Source of the DNA: Alphaproteobacteria bacterium
Lineage (GTDB): Bacteria; Pseudomonadota; Alphaproteobacteria; Rs-D84
NCBI GenBank assembly: GCA_017617915.1
Contig: JAFZVH010000042.1
Coordinates: 1 to 45,348 of the forward strand
Length of the DNA stretch: 45,348 nt
Direction of reading: 5' to 3'
Shown here one piece after another: positions 17,726 through 27,054 of the stretch (position 1 is its first letter; each line of letters begins with the position of its first letter). Below the pieces are notes generated by a model, which did not search any database, was not told the DNA's origin, and worked only from the letters and a program-made list of their open reading frames with translations. The translations under genes and the position numbers were made by a program.

Positions 17726-19165
17726 ATGAAAACTGCAATAACCCCGACAAGGGCAGAAAATTTTAGTGAATGGTATCAAAATTTAATCGTGGCGGCAGAT
17801 TTGGCGGAAAACGCGCCTGTGCGTGGCTGTATGACGATAAAGCCGTACGGTTGGGCAATATGGGAACTGATGCGCGATGCGATGGACCGGCGTATCAAGG
17901 CGGCGGGCGTTCTGAACGCAAATTTCCCGTTGCTGATTCCAATTGAATATTTTAATAAAGAAGCGGAACATGTCGCTGGCTTTGCCAAGGAAGCGGCGGT
18001 TGTCACACATTATCGATTAAAAATGATAGATGGTAAATTGCAACCAGACCCAGAATCAAAACTGACGGAACCTTATATTATCCGCCCAACATCGGAAACT
18101 ATTATCGGCGAAGCAATGTCGCGCTGGGTACAATCTTATCGTGATTTGCCGTTAAAGTTAAATCAGTGGGTGAATGTTATGCGATGGGAAATGCGTCCGC
18201 GTATGTTCTTGCGCACTTCGGAATTTAACTGGCAAGAAGGCCACAATGTGTTTGCTACGCACGAAGAAGCAAACGAAGATGCGCGCAAAATGCATAGGGT
18301 TTATGGCGACTATATGCGCGATGTTTTGGCGATACCTTGCATTATGGGCGAAAAAACACCCGAAGAAAGATTTGCAGGTGCCGATCACACGTATACTGTT
18401 GAACAAATTATGCAGGACGGGAAAGCCTTGCAGGCCGGTACTTCGCACGATTTAGGCCAGCATTTTGCAAAATCTTTTGGCATTAAATACCTTGGAACCG
18501 ATGGCCAGTTGACCTATGCCTGGACTACATCTTGGGGAACATCAACGCGTATGATGGGTGGCCTGTTTATGACGCACAGTGATGATGATGGCCTGGTGTT
18601 GCCGCCGGCGATTGCCCCGCACCAAGTTGTGATAATTCCGATTACGCGTGGTGACGAAGATATGGATGCGATGAACGCATTTACCGCAAATCTGGAATCA
18701 CAATTAAATGACCGCGGTGTACGTGTGCTGACCGATAACAGCGATATGCGCGCCCCCGATAAAATGTGGAAATGGATTAAGCGCGGCGTGCCATTGCGTG
18801 TCGAAGTTGGTGCGCGTGAAATTGAAACAAGCACAGTCACCATTACGCGGCGCGATTTGGGCAAGGTTTCACGTGAAACAGTATCTGTTGCAGATTTGGG
18901 TGAAGCAGTTGTGGCAAAACTGGATGCGATGCAGCGCGATATGTTGGCCGCGGCGACCGAGCGCAATAAAAAAATGATTCATGATGTTGCGAATTTGGCG
19001 GAACTGGAATCTGCACTGGCGGACGGCAAAGTTGGATTTTTCCGTATCAAATACAACACGACACAATCGCCAGAATTTGATGCACTGATGGAAAAATACA
19101 AAATTACACGCAGATGTCTTGACGACGCAGACCCAGAATATGTATTTGTTGCAAAGTCGTATTAG
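17726..19165 (+). CDS. proS: Proline--tRNA ligase, archaeal/eukaryote-like type
   Basis: FSEWY, HVAGFAKE, IRPTSET, FLRTSEFNWQEGH, LQAGTSH, C-terminal AKSY; no INS editing domain. Confidence 0.96.
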   Translation: MKTAITPTRAENFSEWYQNLIVAADLAENAPVRGCMTIKPYGWAIWELMRDAMDRRIKAAGVLNANFPLLIPIEYFNKEAEHVAGFAKEAAVVTHYRLKMIDGKLQPDPESKLTEPYIIRPTSETIIGEAMSRWVQSYRDLPLKLNQWVNVMRWEMRPRMFLRTSEFNWQEGHNVFATHEEANEDARKMHRVYGDYMRDVLAIPCIMGEKTPEERFAGADHTYTVEQIMQDGKALQAGTSHDLGQHFAKSFGIKYLGTDGQLTYAWTTSWGTSTRMMGGLFMTHSDDDGLVLPPAIAPHQVVIIPITRGDEDMDAMNAFTANLESQLNDRGVRVLTDNSDMRAPDKMWKWIKRGVPLRVEVGAREIETSTVTITRRDLGKVSRETVSVADLGEAVVAKLDAMQRDMLAAATERNKKMIHDVANLAELESALADGKVGFFRIKYNTTQSPEFDALMEKYKITRRCLDDADPEYVFVAKSY

Positions 19166-19187
19166 TGTTTAGTGTAAGTAAGTTAGT

Positions 19188-19213
19188 GTGGGCGCGGTTG
19201 CGCCCACTTTTTT
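19188..19213 (+). terminator. Intrinsic terminator after proS
   Basis: gtgggcgc-ggtt-gcgcccac-tttttt. Confidence 0.8.
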
Positions 19214-19215
19214 AT

Positions 19216-19246
19216 AAAAATACACATCGGTGGTTGCCCACCGATG
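19216..19246 (-). terminator. Intrinsic terminator after the 19297-19632 gene
   Basis: catcggtgg-GCAA-ccaccgatg then a U-rich tail on the minus strand. Confidence 0.65.
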
Positions 19247-19296
19247 CGCTCTCCTTCCTTCCGGAAACCGGAAACTTTTTGCCCAAAGGGAAACTG

Positions 19297-19632
19297 TTAT
19301 GCCGCCATCGCCACAGAATCTTTGTCTGCGCCGGATTCTGCGTCCATAATGCGTTTTGCCTCTGCAAATACCATTTCTTTGACACGCAGTGCTAAATCAG
19401 CGGTTTCCAATGATTCAGCCGCAACATCAAAATTATCTGTGCGGATTTGCAGTGAAACATACGCACCAATCAGCGATGATCTGGATAAATCTTCAATAGA
19501 ACGAGGGGAATTATTATGCCCAATTTGCAATTCATCACTAAGCGAGATTATCTGACGGTCGGCATTGACCCAGACAGTTGTGCTTAAAACTTTGTGCAAA
19601 GCAATCATTATTTCTTTGATGTTTTTTGGCAT
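19297..19632 (-). CDS. Hypothetical protein ending in -AMAA
   Basis: 111 aa from ATG 19632 with SD AAGGAGG; monocistronic with its own terminator. Confidence 0.75.
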   Translation of the reverse strand: MPKNIKEIMIALHKVLSTTVWVNADRQIISLSDELQIGHNNSPRSIEDLSRSSLIGAYVSLQIRTDNFDVAAESLETADLALRVKEMVFAEAKRIMDAESGADKDSVAMAA

Positions 19633-19902
19633 ATATTCCCTCCTTTTATTGGGCATTGTTGATGAATTTTGATTTGGGTTTGTATTTACATGATGTATTT
19701 ACAAAAGCCCAAATCAAAAGTGTTTTGTTTTGTTTGTTTTCCCAGAAAACCGCTTTCCCTTTTGATTTCCTGGGGCTTTGTGTGTGCTCTCAATGTCTAT
19801 ACACGGATCATAGAACAAAAACGAATCGCGGGTCAAGAGAAAAATGCAAAAAAAATTAAAAAAAATGAAAAAATTTTTTATCTGATTCGCAAGTCACTGC
19901 AA

Positions 19903-21480
19903 TTAGACGAATTTTTCTGGAATAATTTTTGTAAAAAATTTAAATATACGTTTAAAAATCGTTGTATCAGGACAATGATGATATTTGCGCGGCACTTCTT
20001 CACCATATCTGTGCCCACACCAAGTGATTTTTCCATTCGTTTCCGTCACGCGCCAAGACAATTTTGTATCGTCTATAATCATATTGCGCAATTTTTGTGC
20101 GAACTCTGGACTTTCAAAGATTGCAACATTTTCGGTATTATAATAAGTACTACGCGGATCCAAATTAAAACTGCCTATCCACGATATTTTGTCATCAAAT
20201 ACAATCGTTTTGCTGTGCATAACAGAAAAACAAGAACGACGCTGTTCCCGCTTGCGCTTTTGGTTGCGCGGCTTTTCCGCAGACTGCATAAATTCATAGA
20301 TTTCAACGCCACCTCGCACCAGCGCATTGCGGTACTTTTCCCACTTGCCATACACAGTCGGTGCATTGGTCGAACCTAATGAATTTGTGACAATAGTGAC
20401 ATGAACACCCGACTTTTCTTCGGCCAATATTGTGTTGATTCCGCCACGACCTGGGACAAAATACGCTGCGGATACATACGCGCTTTTCTTTGCCTTGCGC
20501 CAAAGTCTGTTCAGTGCGATTATGATTTCCCCAGGTCTGCGTTCTTTACGCATCATCGACATTTCAACTTTTGCGGCTGGGTCCGCCAAAAACTGTCCCC
20601 GTCCCCAAGAAAAATCAAAGTTTTTATTTTTGTATTCATTCAACGCCATCAAAATAATTTTGTTATATTTTTCTGCACGACGCGCACTGGTTCGTTCAAG
20701 TTTTTTAAATTGTTGGTCCAATTTTTGCAATGCGCGCGCCGAACCTGCACGCGGTAAAACAGACGCAGGTATCGCAAGCGGATGATTCCAATAGTCATTA
20801 AAACTTTTCGTTGCGCTTTCTGTAATTTTGCCAAGGAACAAAACATCTGTGTCTGAAAAATTCATCGCAGTTTCAGGCATAAAATAATTGCTGCCTATAT
20901 TACGACCACCGGTAATAAGCGCGATGTTATCAACAATGAACAGTTTGTTATGCATACGCGAATTTAATCTGTTAAAATCCATCAGCATTTGTGGGTAGTA
21001 CAAAAAACGCAACCTGTTTTTCACAGCGTTGAAAATCTTGACTTCTATGTTTGGATGCTGGTTTAGTAAAATCACATCGGCGATATCAGAATTTGTGCCG
21101 TAATCATCGATAAGTATGCGCACTTTGACACCGCGATCGGCCGCATTTTTTAATTCGTTTATTAAAACATGCGCGGAAAAATCATTGCTGTAAATATAAG
21201 TTTGCAAATCTATGGTTTTTGTCGCCATACGCGCAAAAGTTGCACGAATAACAAACGCCGACAGACCGTCTTGGATAAGACTTGCACCACTGGCATCCGA
21301 TACGTGTGCAAGTTCATCTGAATAAACCTTTGCAATCGGCGTTTCAAGGTTATCATATGCAAAATCTTTGGATGTAATTTTTGGGGTGTATTTTGCAAGC
21401 CGTTTATCACGCATACTGGTTGGAATCTTGGTCCATCCAACCAAAGGTAAAGCCAATAAAAGCCAATAAAGTTTATCCAT
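19903..21480 (-). CDS. Phospholipase D family protein (ClsC/YmdC-like)
   Basis: Two HKD motifs (RMHNKLFIVD, MHSKTIVFD), GGRNIG, GSFNLDPRS. Confidence 0.9.
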   Translation of the reverse strand: MDKLYWLLLALPLVGWTKIPTSMRDKRLAKYTPKITSKDFAYDNLETPIAKVYSDELAHVSDASGASLIQDGLSAFVIRATFARMATKTIDLQTYIYSNDFSAHVLINELKNAADRGVKVRILIDDYGTNSDIADVILLNQHPNIEVKIFNAVKNRLRFLYYPQMLMDFNRLNSRMHNKLFIVDNIALITGGRNIGSNYFMPETAMNFSDTDVLFLGKITESATKSFNDYWNHPLAIPASVLPRAGSARALQKLDQQFKKLERTSARRAEKYNKIILMALNEYKNKNFDFSWGRGQFLADPAAKVEMSMMRKERRPGEIIIALNRLWRKAKKSAYVSAAYFVPGRGGINTILAEEKSGVHVTIVTNSLGSTNAPTVYGKWEKYRNALVRGGVEIYEFMQSAEKPRNQKRKREQRRSCFSVMHSKTIVFDDKISWIGSFNLDPRSTYYNTENVAIFESPEFAQKLRNMIIDDTKLSWRVTETNGKITWCGHRYGEEVPRKYHHCPDTTIFKRIFKFFTKIIPEKFV

Positions 21481-21645
21481 TTATTGAAAATTTCTCTGTG
21501 AATTTGATTATATCAGTGAATATTTTTTTGGCAAGGCAAAAGAAAAGATTCCAATGCATCAAATCATGCAAATTTTGATGTATTTTTTGTTTGCGTAAAT
21601 TGCTGTATAATGATAAAATATACAGAAAGAAAGGAAAGTATAAAA

Positions 21646-23766
21646 ATGAAAAGATTTGCCATATTTCTTGGAAGTTTATTGGTTATGCCCGCCTTTGCAG
21701 AGGTTGTGCCTGATTGGTATTTTGACGAAACTGTTGTCGAATACGAAGACGCACAGCACACAGATGACGCTAGCGAGGCAGAAACCAAAACCGATGTGAC
21801 AGCGGCAAAACCATCGCGCCAGATAAATTCTGGGCGCGTAACGACGGCAAATCGTTCAACAACTGCACGAACAGTACCGACAAATTCTGTTGGCACAACA
21901 ACACGTGCATCAAATTCTAATTCAAAACGCGTTGTGGCGGCACGTACGGGTACCACCCAACGGACGGCTGAACGCGGTGCAATTTCACGCGCGGCGGCAC
22001 GACCAATGGGGCGTGTGTCGGGAACACGTGCTTTGACTGCGCGTTCGGCAACACCGACAAGTGGCACAAATAATGTTGTTTCACGTGCGGCAACGACTAA
22101 ATATACCAGTATTCAAGGTTCTGGCACGACATTGTATAACCCAAATAATGTCAGTCGTCTGGGGGTTCGTTCAGACGCAAGTACTGCACGTTCGCCAATT
22201 ATACGCGTTGCGTCCAGTGGAACAACGGTGAACGATGCATCTGTATCCACCGCAAATATGGACGAACTTGCGGAACTGACCGACTATTGCAAGGCGCAAT
22301 ATGCGGCATGTATGGATGAATATTGCAATGTTTTGGATGGCGATCAAGGACGTTGTATTTGCAGTGCTAATTTAAAAAATTATTCAAAAACAGAAGAAGG
22401 TTTGAAAAAAGCGACCGAAGAATTACAAGAAGTTGCTCAAAAAATCAGATATATTGGCCTGTCCAATCGAGAAATAGATCAATTGTTCAGCCAGACCGAG
22501 GCAGAACTTGCTATGCAATCAAAATCTGATACAACACAGTTGAAAACCAGTTTGGATAAAATCAAGGGGTTGATTGTTAATGTCCAGGGTGGCACTTCAA
22601 CCAGTTCTGGCCTCGTCAATATGGATTTGTCAGGGCTGTTAGACTTCACAATCGACAGTTCTGGTTTTGATATTTCATCGTTTTTGGGTGTGTCTGACTC
22701 GTCAAATGTCAGTAATCAACGTGGTAAAGATTTATTCAATACGGCCAGTGCGCGGTGCAAGGCGAACGTGTTGAATGCTTGTGTTGCCCAAGGTGTTGAC
22801 GCGTCAATTATCACAAATTCGTATGATTTGGGCATTGACCAGGCTTGTATGGCGTATGAACGCAGTTTGACGGACTCTAATGACCAAATGGTTGCAACGA
22901 TTCGCAACGCGAAAACTGTTTTGCAACAAGCACGTTATTTGGTTGCAAAACAAAAGAACGAATACGATATGCGTCAATGCATAAACCAGTTAGATACCTG
23001 TATGCAAGATGATTTTGTTTGCGGGTCTGATTATGAAAACTGCCTTGACCCAACCGGCCAATACATTGTAAATGGCGCCGTTGTAGTGGGCAGCAAACCT
23101 GGTCTTGCCGGCAACAGCAGCAGTGATGTATATGCGACATGGAATTATGGCACCAATGATAATACAAATGCGTGGGGCGATGGTACATTGGCGGAATATA
23201 TCACAGCGACTGTGACTGATAATGCCGCCGTTTCGCCAAGCACCCAGATGTCTGAATATTTGCAAAATAAAATCGGATATATTGATGGTGAAAAAAGTTA
23301 TGGTATGTGCGTATCTGTATTAAAGAAATGCCAAGATTATAGTTATAGTGGCACAGGTTCAAATATCGCTTATGACAGGAAGAACAGTGTTATTAAACAA
23401 TACCTGAATCGTGTGCTGGTTCAAATAAAAGCGCGCCAGGATGAAGTGCTGGCGGAATATGCGGAAAAGTGCAGTACGGATGTCGCATCATGCTTGAATC
23501 AAAACGGTTATCCATCTGCGAAGCCGCATGCAACAAGCGGATGGTCAGATTCCAAGGAGCGTGTTGCAATAGCGGCATGTAATTCTGTGATTACTACATG
23601 CATGTCCGTCAATGGCGAAACAGATATGACGGGTAATAAACCGAAATGCTGGGCACGTAGCGTACAGTATTCAGACTATGACGCAAGCAATGATACAGAT
23701 TGTCCCGATAGCAGCAGTAGTGGCTCTGGCAACTTATCTGGTGGTACAACCGGAGAACGTGACTAG
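21646..23766 (+). CDS. Large secreted Cys-rich hypothetical protein
   Basis: Signal peptide (AFA), R/T/S/A-rich low-complexity linker, then many Cys in CxxxYxxC/CxxxC-type spacing; SD AAGGA. Confidence 0.85.
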   Translation: MKRFAIFLGSLLVMPAFAEVVPDWYFDETVVEYEDAQHTDDASEAETKTDVTAAKPSRQINSGRVTTANRSTTARTVPTNSVGTTTRASNSNSKRVVAARTGTTQRTAERGAISRAAARPMGRVSGTRALTARSATPTSGTNNVVSRAATTKYTSIQGSGTTLYNPNNVSRLGVRSDASTARSPIIRVASSGTTVNDASVSTANMDELAELTDYCKAQYAACMDEYCNVLDGDQGRCICSANLKNYSKTEEGLKKATEELQEVAQKIRYIGLSNREIDQLFSQTEAELAMQSKSDTTQLKTSLDKIKGLIVNVQGGTSTSSGLVNMDLSGLLDFTIDSSGFDISSFLGVSDSSNVSNQRGKDLFNTASARCKANVLNACVAQGVDASIITNSYDLGIDQACMAYERSLTDSNDQMVATIRNAKTVLQQARYLVAKQKNEYDMRQCINQLDTCMQDDFVCGSDYENCLDPTGQYIVNGAVVVGSKPGLAGNSSSDVYATWNYGTNDNTNAWGDGTLAEYITATVTDNAAVSPSTQMSEYLQNKIGYIDGEKSYGMCVSVLKKCQDYSYSGTGSNIAYDRKNSVIKQYLNRVLVQIKARQDEVLAEYAEKCSTDVASCLNQNGYPSAKPHATSGWSDSKERVAIAACNSVITTCMSVNGETDMTGNKPKCWARSVQYSDYDASNDTDCPDSSSSGSGNLSGGTTGERD

Positions 23767-24095
23767 TGATGCGTAATTAAATGCATAACAATTCCAGCAA
23801 TGGTAAATATTGTTATACAGATAAGAATTATGCGTTGCGTATGATGATGGTGCGTTGAATTGCAATGGTTACAGTTGCAATTACGATGCCCAAAGTACAC
23901 AATCCAAGACAGACACAACATTAAACCAGAAAAAATAAACACCCATTTTTCTGCGCTTTCAGGAATGATTTCATGGTCTGAAATCATATCGGGTGCAATC
24001 ATACCAACCAATCCCAAAACAACTGGCAACACACAACAAAACAGGTGCGGCAGAATACTGGCAATAATTCCAATTTTTACGGCGTGATTTTTCAT
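23763..24095 (-). CDS. Small 3-TM Cys/His-rich membrane protein, MerT/MerC-like metal-binding candidate
   Basis: HLFCCVLP in TM1; HRNCNCNHCNSTHHHH loop; start moved to ATG 24095 because the longer ORF overlaps tRNA-Arg. Confidence 0.65.
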   Translation of the reverse strand: MKNHAVKIGIIASILPHLFCCVLPVVLGLVGMIAPDMISDHEIIPESAEKWVFIFSGLMLCLSWIVYFGHRNCNCNHCNSTHHHHTQRIILICITIFTIAGIVMHLITHH

Positions 24096-24113
24096 TTTTT
24101 TTGCCTTTATTTG

Positions 24114-24189
24114 TGGTATCCCCAGTCGGAATTGAACCAACATCTAATTCTTAGGAGGAACTTGTTCTATCCAATTGAACTATGGGGAC
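24114..24189 (-). tRNA. tRNA-Arg(CCT)
   Basis: GTCCCCA/TGGGGAT acceptor stem, anticodon loop CTCCTAA, GGTTCAATTCC T-arm, CCA. Confidence 0.95.
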
Positions 24190-24278
24190 ACGCCGTGTTA
24201 TTTTAATCAAAGATTTTGATATTGCAAGTCATATTAAATTCTGTATAATATAGGTCGCTTTAGAAAGAGTTTAATTGA

Positions 24279-25217
24279 ATGGGAAACAGACTTATTGGTT
24301 ATGGATCTTATTTACCGACGCGTGTTATGACCAACGCGGATTTTGAACGCGTTATGGACACAACCGATGAATGGATTGTTGAACGCACCGGTATCCGCCA
24401 GCGTCATTTTGCAGCACCGGATGAAACGGTTGCAGACATGGCAACAAATGCGGCGCGCGCGGCGTTGGAAAATGCGACCCTTGCCATTGACGATATCGAT
24501 ATGATAATTGTTGCGACCACTACGCCTGAACTTGATTTCCCATCTGTTGCGGTCCAAGTTATGGGTCGCTTGAACCCAAAGGAAAACATACCTGCGTTTG
24601 ATGTTCGTGGTGCATGCACTGGGTTTATTTATGCTCTGCATGCGGCGCGTGGATTTTTTACCGCGGGTATGCATGAAAGAATTATGATTATCGGCGCAGA
24701 AAAAATGTCGCGCTTTGTTGATATGACCGATAGGTCAACGGCGGTTTTGTTCGGTGACGGCGCAGGCGCAATGATTTTCGAACGCTCTTCATCAAGTTAT
24801 TCTGGAATTATCGATACTGTGGTAATGTCTGATGGCAAAATGTTTGGTATGCTGCACGGTTCACCAGACCATAAAATCATTATGAACGGTCCCGAAACAT
24901 ACAAAATGGCGGTGTCGCTGATGCCGGATGCGGCGCGCTATATTATGGACCACGCGGGTATTACCCAAGATGATATCGATTGGATTGTTCCGCATCAGGC
25001 GAACATTCGCATTATTCAATCTTGTGCGGCGCGTTTGGGCTTTCCAATGGAAAAGATTTTAATAACGGTGGACAAACACGCGAATACCAGTGGCGCATCG
25101 GGCGCACTGGCGTTGGCGTATGCGTTCGATAACAAAATAATCAAACATGGGCAACTGGTTTTGTACCCTGCTTTTGGCAGTGGTCTGACCTGGGGTGCAA
25201 CTTTAATAAGGGTGTAA
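24279..25217 (+). CDS. fabH: Beta-ketoacyl-ACP synthase III
   Basis: WIVERTGI, ACTGF (Cys), LFGDGAGA, PHQAN (His), NTS (Asn), GLTWG. Confidence 0.96.
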   Translation: MGNRLIGYGSYLPTRVMTNADFERVMDTTDEWIVERTGIRQRHFAAPDETVADMATNAARAALENATLAIDDIDMIIVATTTPELDFPSVAVQVMGRLNPKENIPAFDVRGACTGFIYALHAARGFFTAGMHERIMIIGAEKMSRFVDMTDRSTAVLFGDGAGAMIFERSSSSYSGIIDTVVMSDGKMFGMLHGSPDHKIIMNGPETYKMAVSLMPDAARYIMDHAGITQDDIDWIVPHQANIRIIQSCAARLGFPMEKILITVDKHANTSGASGALALAYAFDNKIIKHGQLVLYPAFGSGLTWGATLIRV

Positions 25218-25220
25218 AAA

Positions 25221-25514
25221 ATGGCAACGATTACAAGAAATGATTTAGCAACAAAATTGCGTGAAAAATTTGGCTTTACGGCGGCGCAGTCGGGCAAGCT
25301 GGTCGATTTGATTTTTTCAGAAATCTGTGAATCATTGGTGAACGGCGAAGAAGTTAAATTTGCGGGTTTTGGTACATTTAAAATTCTGGATAAATCTGCG
25401 CGTGTTGCGCGCAATCCGAAAACCGGCGAAACCGCGATAGTATCTGCGCGTCGTGTTGCATCTTTCCGTCCGTCAAACGAATTTCGCAAACGCGTCAGCG
25501 CAAAAAATGAATAA
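25221..25514 (+). CDS. ihfA: Integration host factor alpha / HU family
   Basis: GFGTF, ARNPKTGE, FRPS; follows fabH as in other Alphaproteobacteria. Confidence 0.85.
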   Translation: MATITRNDLATKLREKFGFTAAQSGKLVDLIFSEICESLVNGEEVKFAGFGTFKILDKSARVARNPKTGETAIVSARRVASFRPSNEFRKRVSAKNE

Positions 25515-25541
25515 ATAGCTTATATTCTTGTACAACAAGCC

Positions 25542-25568
25542 AAGCGGGGCATACGCCCCGCTTTTTTT
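25542..25568 (+). terminator. Intrinsic terminator after ihfA
   Basis: aagcggggc-atac-gccccgctt followed by a T run. Confidence 0.85.
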
Positions 25569-25570
25569 GT

Positions 25571-25599
25571 TTGCGTTATATTACAACTTTTGATAGAAT
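25571..25599 (+). promoter_or_regulatory. sigma70 promoter of the structured RNA / small ORF
   Basis: TTGCGT-17 bp-TAGAAT. Confidence 0.7.
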
Positions 25600-25607
25600 T
25601 AAACCAA

Positions 25608-25788
25608 GAACCAGGCAAATTGTCCGGTTCGGGGCTGTCGAAAGCCCATATGAAGTCGACACACTGTGTCGTTAAATAAATACCCCGATATTGTCGGGGT
25701 GCCCGCGGTGAATATTTGAATACTGTGGGAGTCATTACTTCATATGATTTTCGAACACCCCGACCGTCAGTTTTGTTGACGGTTTTTT
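25608..25788 (+). ncRNA. Structured RNA with C4-antisense-like architecture (upstream target sites, cloverleaf core 25693-25764, terminator)
   Basis: gtcggggtg/caccccgac closing stem enclosing two hairpins; acttcatatg and tttcga are complementary to upstream catatgaagt and tcgaaa; accgtcag/ttgacggt-T terminator. Confidence 0.6.
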
Positions 25789-25808
25789 AATAAACAAAGG
25801 AGAAAACT

Positions 25809-25964
25809 ATGACAAACCCCCGCGTAAAACCCGATTCCAATAAAGAAGAACTGATTGCTGCTATTTTAGATTTCTATCGCAAACACCATGGATACAGGAT
25901 GACGCAAAGCGAGTTTGTTGGCGTGATTTGTGCAATAAGTCAACAAATGTTAAATGATATTTAA
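25809..25964 (+). CDS. Small orphan protein, 51 aa (not in the ORF track)
   Basis: AAAGGAG SD before ATG; MTNPRVKPDSNKEELIAAILDFYRKHHGYRMTQSEFVGVICAISQQMLNDI. Confidence 0.6.
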   Translation: MTNPRVKPDSNKEELIAAILDFYRKHHGYRMTQSEFVGVICAISQQMLNDI

Positions 25965-25970
25965 CCACGA

Positions 25971-25997
25971 CCACTAACCACTAACACTAACCACTAA
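25971..25997. repeat. (C)CACTAA short tandem repeat
   Basis: ccactaa-ccactaa-cactaa-ccactaa; 26 nt identical to the reverse complement of 38958-38983. Confidence 0.85.
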
Positions 25998-26032
25998 AAT
26001 ATGCTATAATAATTGCATTAGGAGAAAAAAAT

Positions 26033-26953
26033 ATGAAAGTTGCAATTATTGGCGTTGGGTCGGTCGGTTCTGCGGTTGCGACCGCGGTGAAAAATACTGG
26101 ACTGGTTCATGAAATAGTTTTGTTCGACCGTGACGGAATGCGTGCACGCGCCGCCGCCGAAGATTTGGGACACGCCGCAAGTTTTGGATTTGATGTAAAA
26201 ATTAGTGCTGTGAATAACTATCGTGGTATTCGTGGTGCCGACATTGTGATTATCGCGGCGGGTGCAAATCAAAAAATCGGCGAAACCCGCACAGATTTGT
26301 TGCAACATAATGCAGAAGTCATTCGCGATATTGTTCCGCGTGTTATGGCAAATGTAGATTCGCGAAATGTAATTTTGATTATTGTGACGAATCCACTGGA
26401 TGTTATGGTAATGCTTGCACGTGAATTGTCGCGTTTGCCGGCGGGGCGTGTAATTGGCACCGGCACAATGTTGGATTCTGGACGGCTGCGGACTATACTG
26501 GCACGCACACTTAGTGTTTCGCCACAATCGATACATTCCTTTGTATTGGGCGAACATGGCGACACCAGTGTTATTGACTGGTCTGGCATTACTGTCGGCG
26601 GATTGCCCTTGGACGATTTTTGCCGTCAAACAAAAACGCCTATTTCTGTTTCCGCGCGCAGGACAATAGAATATCGTGTTCACAATGCCGCGTACGAGAT
26701 TATTCATGGGCGCGGTGCGACTTGGGATGGTATCGGTGCCGCAGTTGCAGATTTGTTGCGCAGTATAATAAATGATGAACATAGAATTCTGACTGTGTCT
26801 ATTGTCGCCAAGGATGGTATTGCGATGTCTTTGCCACGTGTTGTTGGTGCATCAGGCGTAACGGTCAGTTTGATACCCAAGATGTCGGCGACGGAATCTG
26901 CAGAATTGCGGGCCAGTGCACGTGTTATAAAAAAGAATTTCGGATTGCTGTGA
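26033..26953 (+). CDS. ldh: L-lactate dehydrogenase
   Basis: GxGxVG Rossmann motif, AGANQKIGETR (Gln specificity residue), NPLD, LDSGR, GEHGD. Confidence 0.9.
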   Translation: MKVAIIGVGSVGSAVATAVKNTGLVHEIVLFDRDGMRARAAAEDLGHAASFGFDVKISAVNNYRGIRGADIVIIAAGANQKIGETRTDLLQHNAEVIRDIVPRVMANVDSRNVILIIVTNPLDVMVMLARELSRLPAGRVIGTGTMLDSGRLRTILARTLSVSPQSIHSFVLGEHGDTSVIDWSGITVGGLPLDDFCRQTKTPISVSARRTIEYRVHNAAYEIIHGRGATWDGIGAAVADLLRSIINDEHRILTVSIVAKDGIAMSLPRVVGASGVTVSLIPKMSATESAELRASARVIKKNFGLL

Positions 26954-27054
26954 TTCAATTGCGGAAAACATCCCCGCGTTTTGGCATTCATTCATATTAA
27001 ATTATGGCATTTTGTGTGCTAGGTTTTTTGTGCAAAGAAAATGTGTGGATACCA

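Noticed and set aside
19297-19632. CarD-like regulator call for the 111-aa protein
   Set aside because: Lacks the N-terminal YPxHG Tudor-like motif; left as hypothetical
25608-25788. 6S RNA, tmRNA, SRP RNA or MITE as the identity of the structured region
   Set aside because: No CCA/T-arm end or SRP GGAA loop motif; the interior is multi-branched rather than a 6S rod with a central bubble; no target-site duplication seen. 6S cannot be fully excluded without a covariance search
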